Shown one piece after another: positions 1 to 10,041 of a DNA stretch of 64,000 nt (within the stretch, counting starts at the first letter, position 1; each line of letters opens with the position of its first letter). The notes beneath the pieces were generated by a model. It was not told the origin of the DNA and did no database searches. It saw nothing but the letters and a program-made list of their open reading frames with translations. The position numbers and the translations under genes are program-made. The stretch is taken from NCBI GenBank assembly GCA_040768745.1, contig JAXGMI010000001.1, positions 64,001-128,000 on the forward strand. The letters are read 5' to 3'. Origin of the DNA: Desulfomicrobium sp. Lineage in GTDB: Bacteria; Desulfobacterota; Desulfovibrionia; Desulfovibrionales; Desulfomicrobiaceae.

Positions 1-199
1 CATCCCCGGCCACTGCCTCCCGATTCCAGCCTCCGGTCCTGCCCAGTCCTCCTGGCGCCGGATGCAATTGACCACAACAATTGACTTATTTCAGGATTCA
101 GGATGATAATTGTAATATTAACACCGTAAACCAGACCATCTGCACCTGGACAGCACGAAGCGAGCCTCTGGGCTTCCCAATCCATGCGGAGGCATGCGC

Positions 200-751
200 A
201 TGCACGAAGACGATCGGAACCGGCTTGAGACATCGCTGGCCATGCTCTCTGACAGGGAAGGCCTCGTCAGGCAGAAAGGGCGACGGATTTTGGAGGACAT
301 GGGAGCCCTGGCCGTGCCCGAACTTTCCAGGGTGCTGGGGGACTCGCTGTCCAAAGACGCCCGGTGGGGCGCGGCCAAGGCCCTCGGCAACATCGGCGAC
401 CCCGCTGCCATACCCGCGCTCTTGGACGCCCTGGAGGACCATGACGCGGATGTGGCCTGGCTGGCCGCCGTGGCCCTGAACAAGCTGGGCAAGGCGGCAT
501 GGAAACCTGTCCTGCATCGTCTGGTGGAGCGCGGAGTGGATTCCGTCGCCGTGCGCGCCGGCGTGCACCACATTCTCACGGGCCAGAAATTCGGCAGCTA
601 CGAGGAACTGTTCGCAACCCTGATGCAGTCCCTGGAAATGGGCGAACTCGACGAGGCCGGAAGCATGACCGCCACGGAAATCTTAACCAGGATGCTGAAC
701 GGCCTCTGGCAGGAGTGCCGCGCCTTGAACACAAAAGAGGAGCAGGAATGA
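200..751 (+). CDS. HEAT-repeat (PBS lyase-like) protein
   Basis: Repeated motifs ARWGAAKALGNIGDPAAIPALLDALED / VAWLAAVALNKLG; GGAGG RBS at 188-192 favours ATG 200. Confidence 0.8.
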   Translation: MHEDDRNRLETSLAMLSDREGLVRQKGRRILEDMGALAVPELSRVLGDSLSKDARWGAAKALGNIGDPAAIPALLDALEDHDADVAWLAAVALNKLGKAAWKPVLHRLVERGVDSVAVRAGVHHILTGQKFGSYEELFATLMQSLEMGELDEAGSMTATEILTRMLNGLWQECRALNTKEEQE

Positions 752-912
752 GCCGGTGCGCAGGCAGTCCGCACAGAAGAAACGGCACTTCCCGGACCAG
801 GATCCGGCCCGCTCTGGTCCCTGAAAGTGCCCCCTTGCCGGCCATGCGTTCCCCTGCGGGTGCGCCGCGATGCATCGGCCAGCAGCATCCTCACCTTTTC
901 CAGGAGCATATC

Positions 913-1407
913 ATGCCTGAGATTCTGCACCGCCCGATCGGCGTCATCCGTTCCCCGTACACAGACCGGGCCAACATGCCCATCCAGCCCTGCGGAGCCC
1001 GCGACACGGCCGGACGGGTCTTCCTTGACGAGCCGCTGGCCCCGGGTTTGAAGGATCTGGAAGGCTTTTCGCACATCTACCTGCTCTACCACTTTCACAT
1101 GAGCCAGGGCTTCGACCTGACCGTGGTGCCCTTTATGGAACCCGTGGAGCGCGGGCTTTTTGCCACCCGGGCTCCCAGGCGGCCGAACCAGATCGGCTTG
1201 TCCGTGGTGCGCCTGCAGAAAATCGAAGGCCATGTGCTGCACATTTTGGGTGTGGATGTCCTGGACAACACGCCCCTGCTGGACATCAAACCCTACTTCA
1301 GATCCTTCGATTCCTTTCCGGAGGCCGTCAGCGGCTGGGCCGAGAGCCACCAGGAGCGCGCCGCAGAGGTGCGCTCGGATGCCCGCTTCGTCGATCCCAG
1401 GGGATGA
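913..1407 (+). CDS. tsaA: tRNA m6t6A37 methyltransferase TrmO/TsaA
   Basis: PIGVIRSPY, GLFATRAPRRPNQIGLSVV, LDNTPLLDIKPY; RBS CAGGAG upstream of ATG 913. Confidence 0.9.
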   Translation: MPEILHRPIGVIRSPYTDRANMPIQPCGARDTAGRVFLDEPLAPGLKDLEGFSHIYLLYHFHMSQGFDLTVVPFMEPVERGLFATRAPRRPNQIGLSVVRLQKIEGHVLHILGVDVLDNTPLLDIKPYFRSFDSFPEAVSGWAESHQERAAEVRSDARFVDPRG

Positions 1408-1595
1408 GCGCCCGCTCAGGTCTGCTGATCCAGACCCGCCGCAACCCGGAGCGTGCTGACGGGGAGAGGGGGCACCCCCCCTCTCTTGACGACGCTCCCC
1501 TGCCGGCTTCCAGGCCGAGAGTCCGCGGCCCGCGGAAACGATATTGTCAGAATTCAGGATCCGGCACGCGCCTTTTTAAGGGTGTTTGCTGGCCC

Positions 1596-2255
1596 TCACG
1601 CCCCGGCCAGCCTGTCGATCTCCTCCTTCAGTTTTTGAAGCTCCACAGCGATCCCAGCCTTGCGCACCGCATTCTCCTCGGTGCGCAACCGGCCCTTGCA
1701 CTTCATGACCTCCCGCTGCAGGGCGCGGATCTGCTCCATCCGCTCCACGCGAGCCTGCAGGCTTTCTCCCTTCCGGGCGGGAAACGGCAGCAGGGGTTCC
1801 AGCAGCCGCTCGTACAGAATTTCCAGGTTGGACGCCTCGGGCCAGGCCGCCCGCTGCGCATCGCTCGGGACCCAGGGGCTCTCGAAATACGCGCTGGACA
1901 CCGGTGGGGAGCCATCCGCGCCGGCGGGGCGCTTGTAGGCCGCCACGACCTGGATCCTTCCCTCGAACCGCAGCTTGAAAAAGATGGGCACAGGAAACAT
2001 CTGGTCCAGACAGCTCAGCACGTCGGCTGAGAGCTTGCCGGTTTTCAAGGCCAGGTGGTAAACTTGAATCTCAGGCACTGCCGGCGTGGCTTCAAACCCG
2101 ATCGTTTCCGGGGCCAGCCTGTACTGCCAGACTACCTGCTCCACCTGACGGGCAAGATGGTCCTTGATGGCCTTATGGGGACCGATATGCGCGTTGATTC
2201 TGGTTTTGGTCAGAACCCGGCCAACAAAGGCGCCTTTGGGATAGTCGAACAGCAT
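1596..2255 (-). CDS. DUF4391-like protein
   Basis: VEQVVWQYRLAPET...VPEIQV signature and C-terminal coiled coil resemble DUF4391. Confidence 0.7.
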   Translation of the reverse strand: MLFDYPKGAFVGRVLTKTRINAHIGPHKAIKDHLARQVEQVVWQYRLAPETIGFEATPAVPEIQVYHLALKTGKLSADVLSCLDQMFPVPIFFKLRFEGRIQVVAAYKRPAGADGSPPVSSAYFESPWVPSDAQRAAWPEASNLEILYERLLEPLLPFPARKGESLQARVERMEQIRALQREVMKCKGRLRTEENAVRKAGIAVELQKLKEEIDRLAGA

Positions 2256-2335
2256 CTGTCACCTTCTTCCCTGGTCTGGCTGGATTTCACGCCCGGCAAG
2301 GGCATGGACGAGGCCACGACCCGCCCTTGAGCACT

Positions 2336-2776
2336 TCAAGCTTTCTTGAGGTTCTCCGCCTCCACTTTGCGGGGAAAAAACGCCTCCCTGCCATCGTGCT
2401 CCCAGATGCATTGATGGATGCGCTCACCGTCGGACAGGAACATGACCGCCCCCAGAATGGGGGCTGGTGCCTCGGGATTCACCCCGTACACATAGATGAA
2501 GCGGTTGAAGCGGAACAGGGGCCTGACCAGGCCCATGCGCTCAGCGTGCAGGACCAGGTGCCCGCTTTCCGCCCGGTCGTCCTTGATCCACACCCGGCCG
2601 TCCTCGCCCAGTGAATATTCCCCGATGTAATTCTCTTCCTCGAATTCCTCGGTGGCCAGGCCGTGCATGAAGCGGGATTCGGCCCCATGTTTGAGTGTAT
2701 CCCGGCTGGACTCATTGGCCACGGCAATGGGGCTTCTTGGCTTCCCCGTGCCACCGTCTGCATGCTTGATGCTCAT
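2336..2776 (-). CDS. Hypothetical protein; paralog of C-terminal domain of 25040..25855
   Basis: Shares LKHGAE.RFMHGLATEEF.EENY.GEYSLG and RPLFRFNRFIYVYG with the 25 kb ORF. Confidence 0.7.
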   Translation of the reverse strand: MSIKHADGGTGKPRSPIAVANESSRDTLKHGAESRFMHGLATEEFEEENYIGEYSLGEDGRVWIKDDRAESGHLVLHAERMGLVRPLFRFNRFIYVYGVNPEAPAPILGAVMFLSDGERIHQCIWEHDGREAFFPRKVEAENLKKA

Positions 2777-3193
2777 CGACCACCTCCCGATCCGGATCCA
2801 GGTTTTGATTTCCCAATGCAGGCATGTCCAGGCTGAACGAAGTGCAGTTCATCTGTTTCTGGCGAATTGGTATGTGCTTTTGCGGTCCAGGGCAACACAA
2901 ATCCCCATTCGCCACGTCTCCTCATCCCGGGTGCAAGGCATGCATGGACAAGGACGGCCGCTGGCTGATGCCGCGGGGAGTTGACTGGTTCAGCAGGCCA
3001 GGCTGTGTGGAGTGCGGCGCTGGACCGTACGGAACAGAACCGTGAACGGATCGATGCGGACTGTCAGGGGCAGGCCAGGAAGAAGCACCAGCACGAAGGA
3101 AGCTGGGCCTCAAACACCGACGTTTTTTCAGGTCAGGCCTTGAGAAAGGCAGGGTGGTCCAGGGTCCTATACGTTGTCCGAGGACCCTTGATC

Positions 3194-3742
3194 CTATCCC
3201 CAGGTCCGAAATTGGCCCGTGTCGACGTGCACGAATTGCCCTCGGGGATAGAAACCCACGCCTCCTGACCGGGATTCAACCGCAGCGTCGCGCAGATCGC
3301 CCAGGGAGACCCCGGCCAGACGGATGTCCAAGGCCTTGCCTTCCATGTGCAGGCTGTGCTTGGCCACGCCACGATGGCCAGATGCGCGCAGTTTTGTATT
3401 GGTCACTGGGGAACGATAGGCAGAAATGATCTGAAATGTGCGATCTCCGCCAAAAGACCGCTTCAAGCGAAACAGCAGATCAAAAAGTTTCGGATCCATC
3501 CGGCAGACCTGTCCGGTATAGTGATCCCGCAAAAACATATTCAGGGTTTTCAAGCCCTCGGGCACGTATTTGTTGCCCATGGCATAGACCACACGCAGCA
3601 CTTTTCCCGTATGCATATGTTCAAAACTCAAACTGCGCGCCCCCACCTGCGCGGCCAGGGCTGGCTGGGCCAGGGGGATGGCCGCGCCGACCAAGGTCAA
3701 GGTGGCGATATTGCAAAGGAATTGACGGCGGGAATAATTCAT
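3194..3742 (-). CDS. YcbK/DUF882 Tat-exported peptidase M15 family protein
   Basis: Tat signal SRRQFL; ISAYRSPVTN, SLHMEGKALD, FVHVDTG; adjacent to L,D-transpeptidase as in ycbB-ycbK. Confidence 0.88.
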   Translation of the reverse strand: MNYSRRQFLCNIATLTLVGAAIPLAQPALAAQVGARSLSFEHMHTGKVLRVVYAMGNKYVPEGLKTLNMFLRDHYTGQVCRMDPKLFDLLFRLKRSFGGDRTFQIISAYRSPVTNTKLRASGHRGVAKHSLHMEGKALDIRLAGVSLGDLRDAAVESRSGGVGFYPRGQFVHVDTGQFRTWG

Positions 3743-3885
3743 TGGTGCTCCTTTCATGCTCTCTTGAAGATTCAAGCCGGGATTGACCACGCCGTGCCCG
3801 GCATACGCCAAGGGCGCTGTCAGCAGGATCACGCCACTCTGGGCACCCATGCAGTGTGATTATTGCACTGTCGGGCCAGGCGCAG

Positions 3886-5502
3886 CTATCCTAAGGGTCT
3901 CTCGTGAGTTGATCGGCGCAATTCCATGTCCAAAAGTCTGTCCTGTCCGTAGATATCAGGGAAGAAGTAAACGAGGCCGTTTTTTTTGACCATGACGGTG
4001 TTGTAAGCAATCACCACCCTCACCGGTTCCCGCAAGCGCAATGTCGTGGACACCCCGCTTGCCATGGCCTCGCGAATGCGTTCCTCCCCCCACTGCGGGT
4101 CGTTCTGCAGGACAAACTTGGCCAGCTTTACCGGCTCTTCGACACGAATGCAACCATGGCTCAAGTCCCTGCGATTCCTCTGAAAAAGTCGTGTCGACGG
4201 GGTATGGTGCAGATAGATGTTGTCCTTGTTGGGGAAGACAAACTTGATGTCCCCCAGGGAATTTCTGGGCCCTGGACGCTGCCGGATGCGCATCCGGCCT
4301 TGCCGCACGGCCTCCAGGGCGTCGTAGCTCAGGAAGCGCGATACCGTCCCGTCGCCGGCAACGAACTCGAACCCCTGCCGATCGAAATAGCCCGGATCGC
4401 GCAGGATGTTCGGGACAACCTCGGAACGCGCGATGGACAGAGGCACATTCCAGTACGGACTGAACTCGATAAAGCGCATGTCTTCATCAAAGAGCGGGGT
4501 GCGCATGTCCAGGGCCTTGCCGGTAATGACCCTCATCCTGGCCTTGACCTCGATCTGGCCGCCCCTGACCTCGTAGGCCTCCAAATAGTGTTCCGGAACA
4601 TTGACCACGATCATGCGCGGAGCATGCGCCAGTGGAGTCCAGCGCAGCCGTTCCATGGAAAGCTCGATCTGCCGCACACGGGCAGCTGGACGCACATTCA
4701 GCTCATTGAGCGTCCGTTGGCCGATGACGCCGTCCGGTGTTAGCCCGTGGCGAGACTGAAAGGATTTGACCCCGTCAACGACATGGCCGCTGTAGGTTGC
4801 GGGGACGCGGCCGCAGGCCGGCAGGTCTCCGAGGGCGATCAGGCGCTGGATCAGCATGGACAGGCCTGAATATGGCTGGTCTGGTTCAAGCTTGGTGCCG
4901 GGCAGCGGCGGAAGATCCATGCGCCAGAACGCGTTCAGCAGCGGATCTTCCGCCAGGTTCCTGTACTGGGCCAGGGTCTCCCGCAGTCTGGCATAAAGGG
5001 GAAGCGCGGGTGCTGCCGCGGCCACAGCCTCCAGCAGGCGATCCTCCTGAACGGCAGTCTGCAGGACAGATGCTGGATCGAACCCGTTGGGAAAAGGAGG
5101 AGTGAAATTTTCCTGAATCTGGCGAGGGTCAACCTGACCGAAATGCAGATCAGAGAGATAACGCCGCATGGCTGTTGTGAGATCCTGATCCAGCATGGCC
5201 TGCGCTTCGGGAGCCAGTCCTGGTTTTTGCACTACGGTGGCCAGAGCATGACGGATGTACGAGACGTTGTACGTTTCAGGATCCAGTCCCTCTTCCGCAG
5301 CCGCCGCCAGGATGGCAACAGCCTGCCAAGCCTGAGGGTTGGGGTGGTCCATCTCAAACCACAACAGACCGTTGTCGGCCAGGGCGGCGCTGCACAGCGC
5401 AAGCCCCATGGCCACCACGCAGGCCAGTCCGCTCAGTACGCGCAGGCAATGCTGCCTGTCCGCCGCAGCCCGCGGCAACTGGAAATCGTCACAAGGGTTC
5501 AA
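3886..5502 (-). CDS. L,D-transpeptidase YcbB/LdtD family
   Basis: PG-binding (VKSFQSRHGLTPDGVIG), SPYWNVP, IYLHHTP, SHGCIRV; start uncertain. Confidence 0.9.
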   Translation of the reverse strand: MNPCDDFQLPRAAADRQHCLRVLSGLACVVAMGLALCSAALADNGLLWFEMDHPNPQAWQAVAILAAAAEEGLDPETYNVSYIRHALATVVQKPGLAPEAQAMLDQDLTTAMRRYLSDLHFGQVDPRQIQENFTPPFPNGFDPASVLQTAVQEDRLLEAVAAAAPALPLYARLRETLAQYRNLAEDPLLNAFWRMDLPPLPGTKLEPDQPYSGLSMLIQRLIALGDLPACGRVPATYSGHVVDGVKSFQSRHGLTPDGVIGQRTLNELNVRPAARVRQIELSMERLRWTPLAHAPRMIVVNVPEHYLEAYEVRGGQIEVKARMRVITGKALDMRTPLFDEDMRFIEFSPYWNVPLSIARSEVVPNILRDPGYFDRQGFEFVAGDGTVSRFLSYDALEAVRQGRMRIRQRPGPRNSLGDIKFVFPNKDNIYLHHTPSTRLFQRNRRDLSHGCIRVEEPVKLAKFVLQNDPQWGEERIREAMASGVSTTLRLREPVRVVIAYNTVMVKKNGLVYFFPDIYGQDRLLDMELRRSTHERPLG

Positions 5503-5709
5503 TGAAGATCTCTCCTCCTGATACGTCGGTCCAAAACAAAATCAACGGACAGGCTGTCCGCCCGGCGGACTGCAATGAGGCCCCCGCACGATACCCTGTT
5601 CCATCGGCATCGATTTTCTGGGAATTGCAGCGGCCATCACCCTTCAGGAATCCGTCCTTTGGGTCTGTGGGAGACCGCTGCATCAGGAAGTGTCTCACTG
5701 CAAAATATC

Positions 5710-5780
5710 GTCATCCCCTTGGAGAAGGGGATCCATGCCTTTAGAACCATCTGAAAAGAATGGATTCCCGCCTTCGCGGG
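5710..5780. repeat. REP-like paired palindromic extragenic element
   Basis: GTCATCCCCTTGGAGAAGGGGATCCA ... TGGATTCCCGCCTTCGCGGG, two inverted hairpin units. Confidence 0.55.
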
Positions 5781-6393
5781 CTTGTGCCTGTCGAGGTGAA
5801 TGACACTCAGCCTCATTTGCGACTTTTTGCAGTAACGTCAGGAAGACATCCTGTTGCCGGCAGGGACAGCATTCAAAAATTATTTTATGTTGTTTTTGGG
5901 CCAAGTGCAACCTACGAAAAAGATGCCAACTGACATGAACAGTGCAGGATGCGAACAGAAACATGATGTGGGATTCCGTGCGCAGGTCACCATTCAGGGA
6001 TTCATGTTCTGCAACTCTTACCTGTGCCAGTGATTCCAGGGAAAGAATGCGTCAGGAATCACAAATTGTGCTGAGATGGACAAAAAACCGGGATCGCAGT
6101 GATGGAAAGAGTCCGGTTCATCCAAAAAAGAGCCAATAAGAGGCAGAGAATTTTCCGTATCGAATCCACCTTTTTCATCCCATAATCCGACACCAGTGAA
6201 GACCCTCTTCCCTCCCTTGAATTTCTCTTGAAGTTATATTGAAAAAGAATTTTTTTTAGCATATAGATAATGCATTGTTGCGTTGGGTTACTCTATCGAC
6301 ACGCAGAGGAAACCGGACTGAAAACACTAACATCTTCGAATCATGCAACTTATTTCATGATCGTCTCTTCATCTCCCCTTGACCGATGCAGGG

Positions 6394-7737
6394 ATGAACC
6401 GTAAGGCAACGCCCATGACGAAGAAAATCTTGTGCAATTCGCGGCAGTTTGGCGTAATTATCGCGGCGATTCTGATCATGACGTGCTTCGGATTTTCGGT
6501 TTCTGCATCCTCGGGCAGCCATATCTACCGCGCATCCATCTCTCCCAGGTCCGTTTCCATGGCCCCCGCGGAAAGCCAAGCCAAGGTACATGCGTCGTCA
6601 ACAAAAAAGGCACCGGCCAAGCAAAAGGCCGTAGCGTCCACCAAGGCACCGACCAAAAAAGCGCCGGCCACTGTCCGCACTCCATCCCCGACAACCTCAA
6701 AGAAGAAAAACCCTGCCCTGAAATCGTCCGTGGCGAACAAAAAGCAGGAAGCAAATAAAATCTCGAAGTCAGTCACAAGCAAAAAAAATGCACTGCCCGC
6801 AGACAAGTCCAGGGGATCGAAGAAACAATCAGCACCCGTCGCGGCACAACAAACCTCTCCAGCCAAGAAATCGGCCGCCACGATCCGGAAATCGCCTCCG
6901 CCTGCTCCGGCAAAAATTGCTGCAGTCGATCAGCCCAAGGATTTGCATCTCAATGTCAAGGCGGCCATTCTCATCAACATGACCAATGGCAAGGTCTATT
7001 ATGAACAGAATCCAGACAAGGCCATTCCTCCCGCCTCCATCACCAAGCTTTTGACCCTCTTTCTGGTCCGCGAGGCCATGCGCCAAGGCAGGCTTTCTCC
7101 CGACACGCCCATTCCCGTCAGTTCCCGGGCCGTGCTTACCGGAGGATCGCGAATGAGCCTGAAAACCGGCGAAAAAGTCCCTCTCGGCGAACTGATCAAA
7201 GGCATCAGCGTGGTCTCCGCAAACAATGCCTGCGTGGCTGTGGCCGAATATCTGGGCAAGGGAGATCCGAACCGGTTTGTTTCCCAAATGAACTCCAAGG
7301 CCAGAAATATCGGCATGGCCAACAGCAAATTCAAGAACCCCAATGGTCTTCCTGCCCCAGGCCAGCTCTCCACGGCCCGGGACATCGCCAAGCTGTCGAC
7401 CAACTACCTGCGCACCTTCCCGGAATCCCTGTCCGTTCATTCCATGACCACCCATACCTTCCACGGGGCAACGCATCGCAACGCCAATTCGCTGCTGCGC
7501 ACGTACAAAGGCGTGGATGGCCTGAAGACCGGATTTGTCTGTGCCTCGGGCTACAACATCACGGCCACTGCCAGGCGTGGCAACACCCGCCTTGTGGCTG
7601 TGGTCCTGGGGGCTCAGAATTCCATCATCCGCCAGGTCGAGACCGCGAGGCTGCTGGACTACGGCTTCAAGCGCGCGGCCTTGGATGACGGCCTCGGCAA
7701 CAGGGCCGCAAGCCAATCCAAAAAGGATGACGTCTGA
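6394..7737 (+). CDS. D-alanyl-D-alanine carboxypeptidase (S11) with long K/A/P/S-rich N-terminal region
   Basis: SxxK (PASITK), SAN, KTG (GLKTGF); start uncertain (6379/6394/6415). Confidence 0.88.
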   Translation: MNRKATPMTKKILCNSRQFGVIIAAILIMTCFGFSVSASSGSHIYRASISPRSVSMAPAESQAKVHASSTKKAPAKQKAVASTKAPTKKAPATVRTPSPTTSKKKNPALKSSVANKKQEANKISKSVTSKKNALPADKSRGSKKQSAPVAAQQTSPAKKSAATIRKSPPPAPAKIAAVDQPKDLHLNVKAAILINMTNGKVYYEQNPDKAIPPASITKLLTLFLVREAMRQGRLSPDTPIPVSSRAVLTGGSRMSLKTGEKVPLGELIKGISVVSANNACVAVAEYLGKGDPNRFVSQMNSKARNIGMANSKFKNPNGLPAPGQLSTARDIAKLSTNYLRTFPESLSVHSMTTHTFHGATHRNANSLLRTYKGVDGLKTGFVCASGYNITATARRGNTRLVAVVLGAQNSIIRQVETARLLDYGFKRAALDDGLGNRAASQSKKDDV

Positions 7738-7843
7738 ATGGGTACACTGGGCTCCCTGCCCTCGACAACCACGCCGTTGCCATGAGGATTGCAATTGTCC
7801 CCTCCCCGCCAGACCCGTTTGAGCTTTCCATCCCTGCCCATTC

Positions 7844-8308
7844 ATGACTCCTGCCATTTGTGTGGCCTCAAAGGCCGGGATTGCTTTCACGGTGCATGAA
7901 TTTGCCCATGACCAAAGTCACGATTCCTACGGGCTGGAGGCGGCCGCAAAACTGAACGTCCCTGCGGACAGAATCTTCAAGACATTGATCGTCGATGTGG
8001 GGTCCGTGCTGGCCGTTGGCATCATTCCCGTTACGGCCATGCTGAACATGAAGAGTATGGCCAGGGTCCTGGGGGCCAAAAAGGCAGCCATGGCCGACAA
8101 AGCGGATGTGGAGCGGTCAACAGGGTATGTCCTGGGAGGAGTCAGTCCCCTCGGGCAAAAAAAACAGCTGCGCACCATCATTGACGTCGCGGCCCTGGGC
8201 CACCCCACCATCTTTGTCAGCGCGGGCAGGCGAGGCCTGGAAATCGAGCTGTGTCCTCATGACCTGGAACGGATCACAGGGGCAGAGTTCGCCGACATTC
8301 GACAATAA
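7844..8308 (+). CDS. ybaK: Cys-tRNA(Pro) deacylase YbaK
   Basis: MTPA start, IFKTL, TGYVLGGVSPLGQKK, SAGRRGLEIEL. Confidence 0.92.
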   Translation: MTPAICVASKAGIAFTVHEFAHDQSHDSYGLEAAAKLNVPADRIFKTLIVDVGSVLAVGIIPVTAMLNMKSMARVLGAKKAAMADKADVERSTGYVLGGVSPLGQKKQLRTIIDVAALGHPTIFVSAGRRGLEIELCPHDLERITGAEFADIRQ

Positions 8309-8387
8309 AGAGTATGAGATGCGCGAAACCTGCCTGGCGCAACAAGTCTGCGCATGCAAAAAAACAAAAGCCGGCACGTGGCCGGCT

Positions 8388-10001
8388 CAGACTGCTGACA
8401 AAGTCACCTCAAAACCCTCGTCAAATGACGGGGGTTTTGTTATGAAAGCGGCATGTTACGCAGCACAGGACCCAAACAACTGAAGTACGAATTCGTCTGC
8501 ATTGAGCGCTTGGTCCCCAAAGATCATCTCCTTCGTAAGATCACCAAGTTCATCGATTTCCGTTTCATCCACGACAAGGTCAAAGACCTGTACTGTCCGG
8601 ACAACGGCCGGCCGGCTCTTGATCCGACAGTGCTCTTCAAGATGCTCTTTCTGGGGTATCTGTTCGGCATCCGCAGTGAGCGGCGGCTGATTGAGGAGAT
8701 CAAGGTCAATGTCGCCTACCGCTGGTTTTTGGGCTTCAGCCTGGAAGACAAGATTCCCGACGCCTCGACCATCAGCCAGAACCGCCGCCGTCGCTTCAAC
8801 CAGAGCACGGTCTACCAGGAGATTTTCGACGAGATCGTGGTTCAGGCCATCCGCCGCAAGATGATCGACGGTCGTACCCTGTACACGGATTCGACCCACC
8901 TCAAGGCCAACGCCAACAAGAACAAGTTTGTCGAAGCCGAGGTTGCCAAGAGCACGCGGGATTACATCGATGATCTGGAGCGGGACGTTGCCCAGGACCG
9001 GGCCGACCACGGCAAGAAGGCGTTGAAAGAGAACGATCCGGAACCCGAAACCAAGACGGTCAAGCAGAGCACGACGGACCCGGAGTCTGGCTACATGCAC
9101 CGGGACGGCAAGCCCAAGGGGTTCTTCTTTCTGGATCACCGCTCGGTGGACGGTCTTCATGGCCTGATCACGGATACGTACGTGACGCCAGGCAATGTGC
9201 ATGACTCGATACCGTATCTTGATCGTCTTGATCGACAGCGCGAACGATTTGGTTTTGAAGTGGAGGCGGTTGGACTGGATGCTGGCTACGCGACGACAGG
9301 AATCTGCAAAGGGCTTGAGGAGAGAGGGATTTTTGGAGTGGTTGGCTACCGTCGTTTTGGAAAAAACACGGGCCGCTTCAGACGCAAGGATTTTTTCTAC
9401 GACGACTCAGTGGATTGCTACGTCTGCCCTGCAAACTGCCTTTTGAGTTACCGAACCACCAACCGGGCGGGTTACCGGGAATACGCCTCGGATCCCAAGA
9501 TTTGCAAAGCATGTCAGCTTCTTGAGAGATGCACGACCAGCAAGATATGCCGACGGGTCATAGCGCGCCACGTATGGGAAGATAGTCGGGAACGCATCGA
9601 CTCCAACCGGCTGACGGAGCGTGGCAAGGCCATCTATGCCCGACGCAAGGAAACGGTTGAACGCAGCTTTGCCGACTGCAAGGAACTGCATGGGCATCGT
9701 TACGCCCGGATGCGTGGTCTCTCGAAGGTCTTGGAGCAATTCCTGCTGTGTGCGGCCGCGTTCAACATGAAAAAAATCGCCCTGCACTTGTCAAGATTGG
9801 GACTCCGCAGGCCAGCGAGCCCGGCAGTTGCCATGGCCGGGATGATTCTGTCCTTTATTTACGGGATATTCCAATCACAAAAGCGCCAATACGCCCCAAT
9901 TTGATCCCAGAAGGGCCTCCTGAACGATTTCGGGCAAAATACAAATCGTCAAAAAAACAAACCCTCGCCGAACGGTACGGCGAGGGTTTGTCAGTGGTCT
10001 G
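8388..10001 (+). mobile_element. IS1182-family insertion sequence (1614 bp)
   Basis: IRL CAGACTGCTGACAAA (8388-8402), IRR TTTGTCAGTGGTCTG (9987-10001); 19-bp direct repeat AGCCGGCACGTGGCCGGCT at 8369-8387 and 10002-10020. Confidence 0.9.
8453..9904 (+). CDS. IS1182-family DDE transposase
   Basis: LVPKDHLLRKI, GRPALDP, YRWFLG, IPDASTIS, DSTHLKANA, RKETVERSFAD. Confidence 0.92.
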   Translation: MLRSTGPKQLKYEFVCIERLVPKDHLLRKITKFIDFRFIHDKVKDLYCPDNGRPALDPTVLFKMLFLGYLFGIRSERRLIEEIKVNVAYRWFLGFSLEDKIPDASTISQNRRRRFNQSTVYQEIFDEIVVQAIRRKMIDGRTLYTDSTHLKANANKNKFVEAEVAKSTRDYIDDLERDVAQDRADHGKKALKENDPEPETKTVKQSTTDPESGYMHRDGKPKGFFFLDHRSVDGLHGLITDTYVTPGNVHDSIPYLDRLDRQRERFGFEVEAVGLDAGYATTGICKGLEERGIFGVVGYRRFGKNTGRFRRKDFFYDDSVDCYVCPANCLLSYRTTNRAGYREYASDPKICKACQLLERCTTSKICRRVIARHVWEDSRERIDSNRLTERGKAIYARRKETVERSFADCKELHGHRYARMRGLSKVLEQFLLCAAAFNMKKIALHLSRLGLRRPASPAVAMAGMILSFIYGIFQSQKRQYAPI

Positions 10002-10041
10002 AGCCGGCACGTGGCCGGCTCGCGCTTGGATGGAAGAAGAA

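Noticed and set aside
499..912. N-terminal extension of tsaA (in-frame ATG at 748)
   Set aside because: Extension is not family-like; good RBS and family start at 913.
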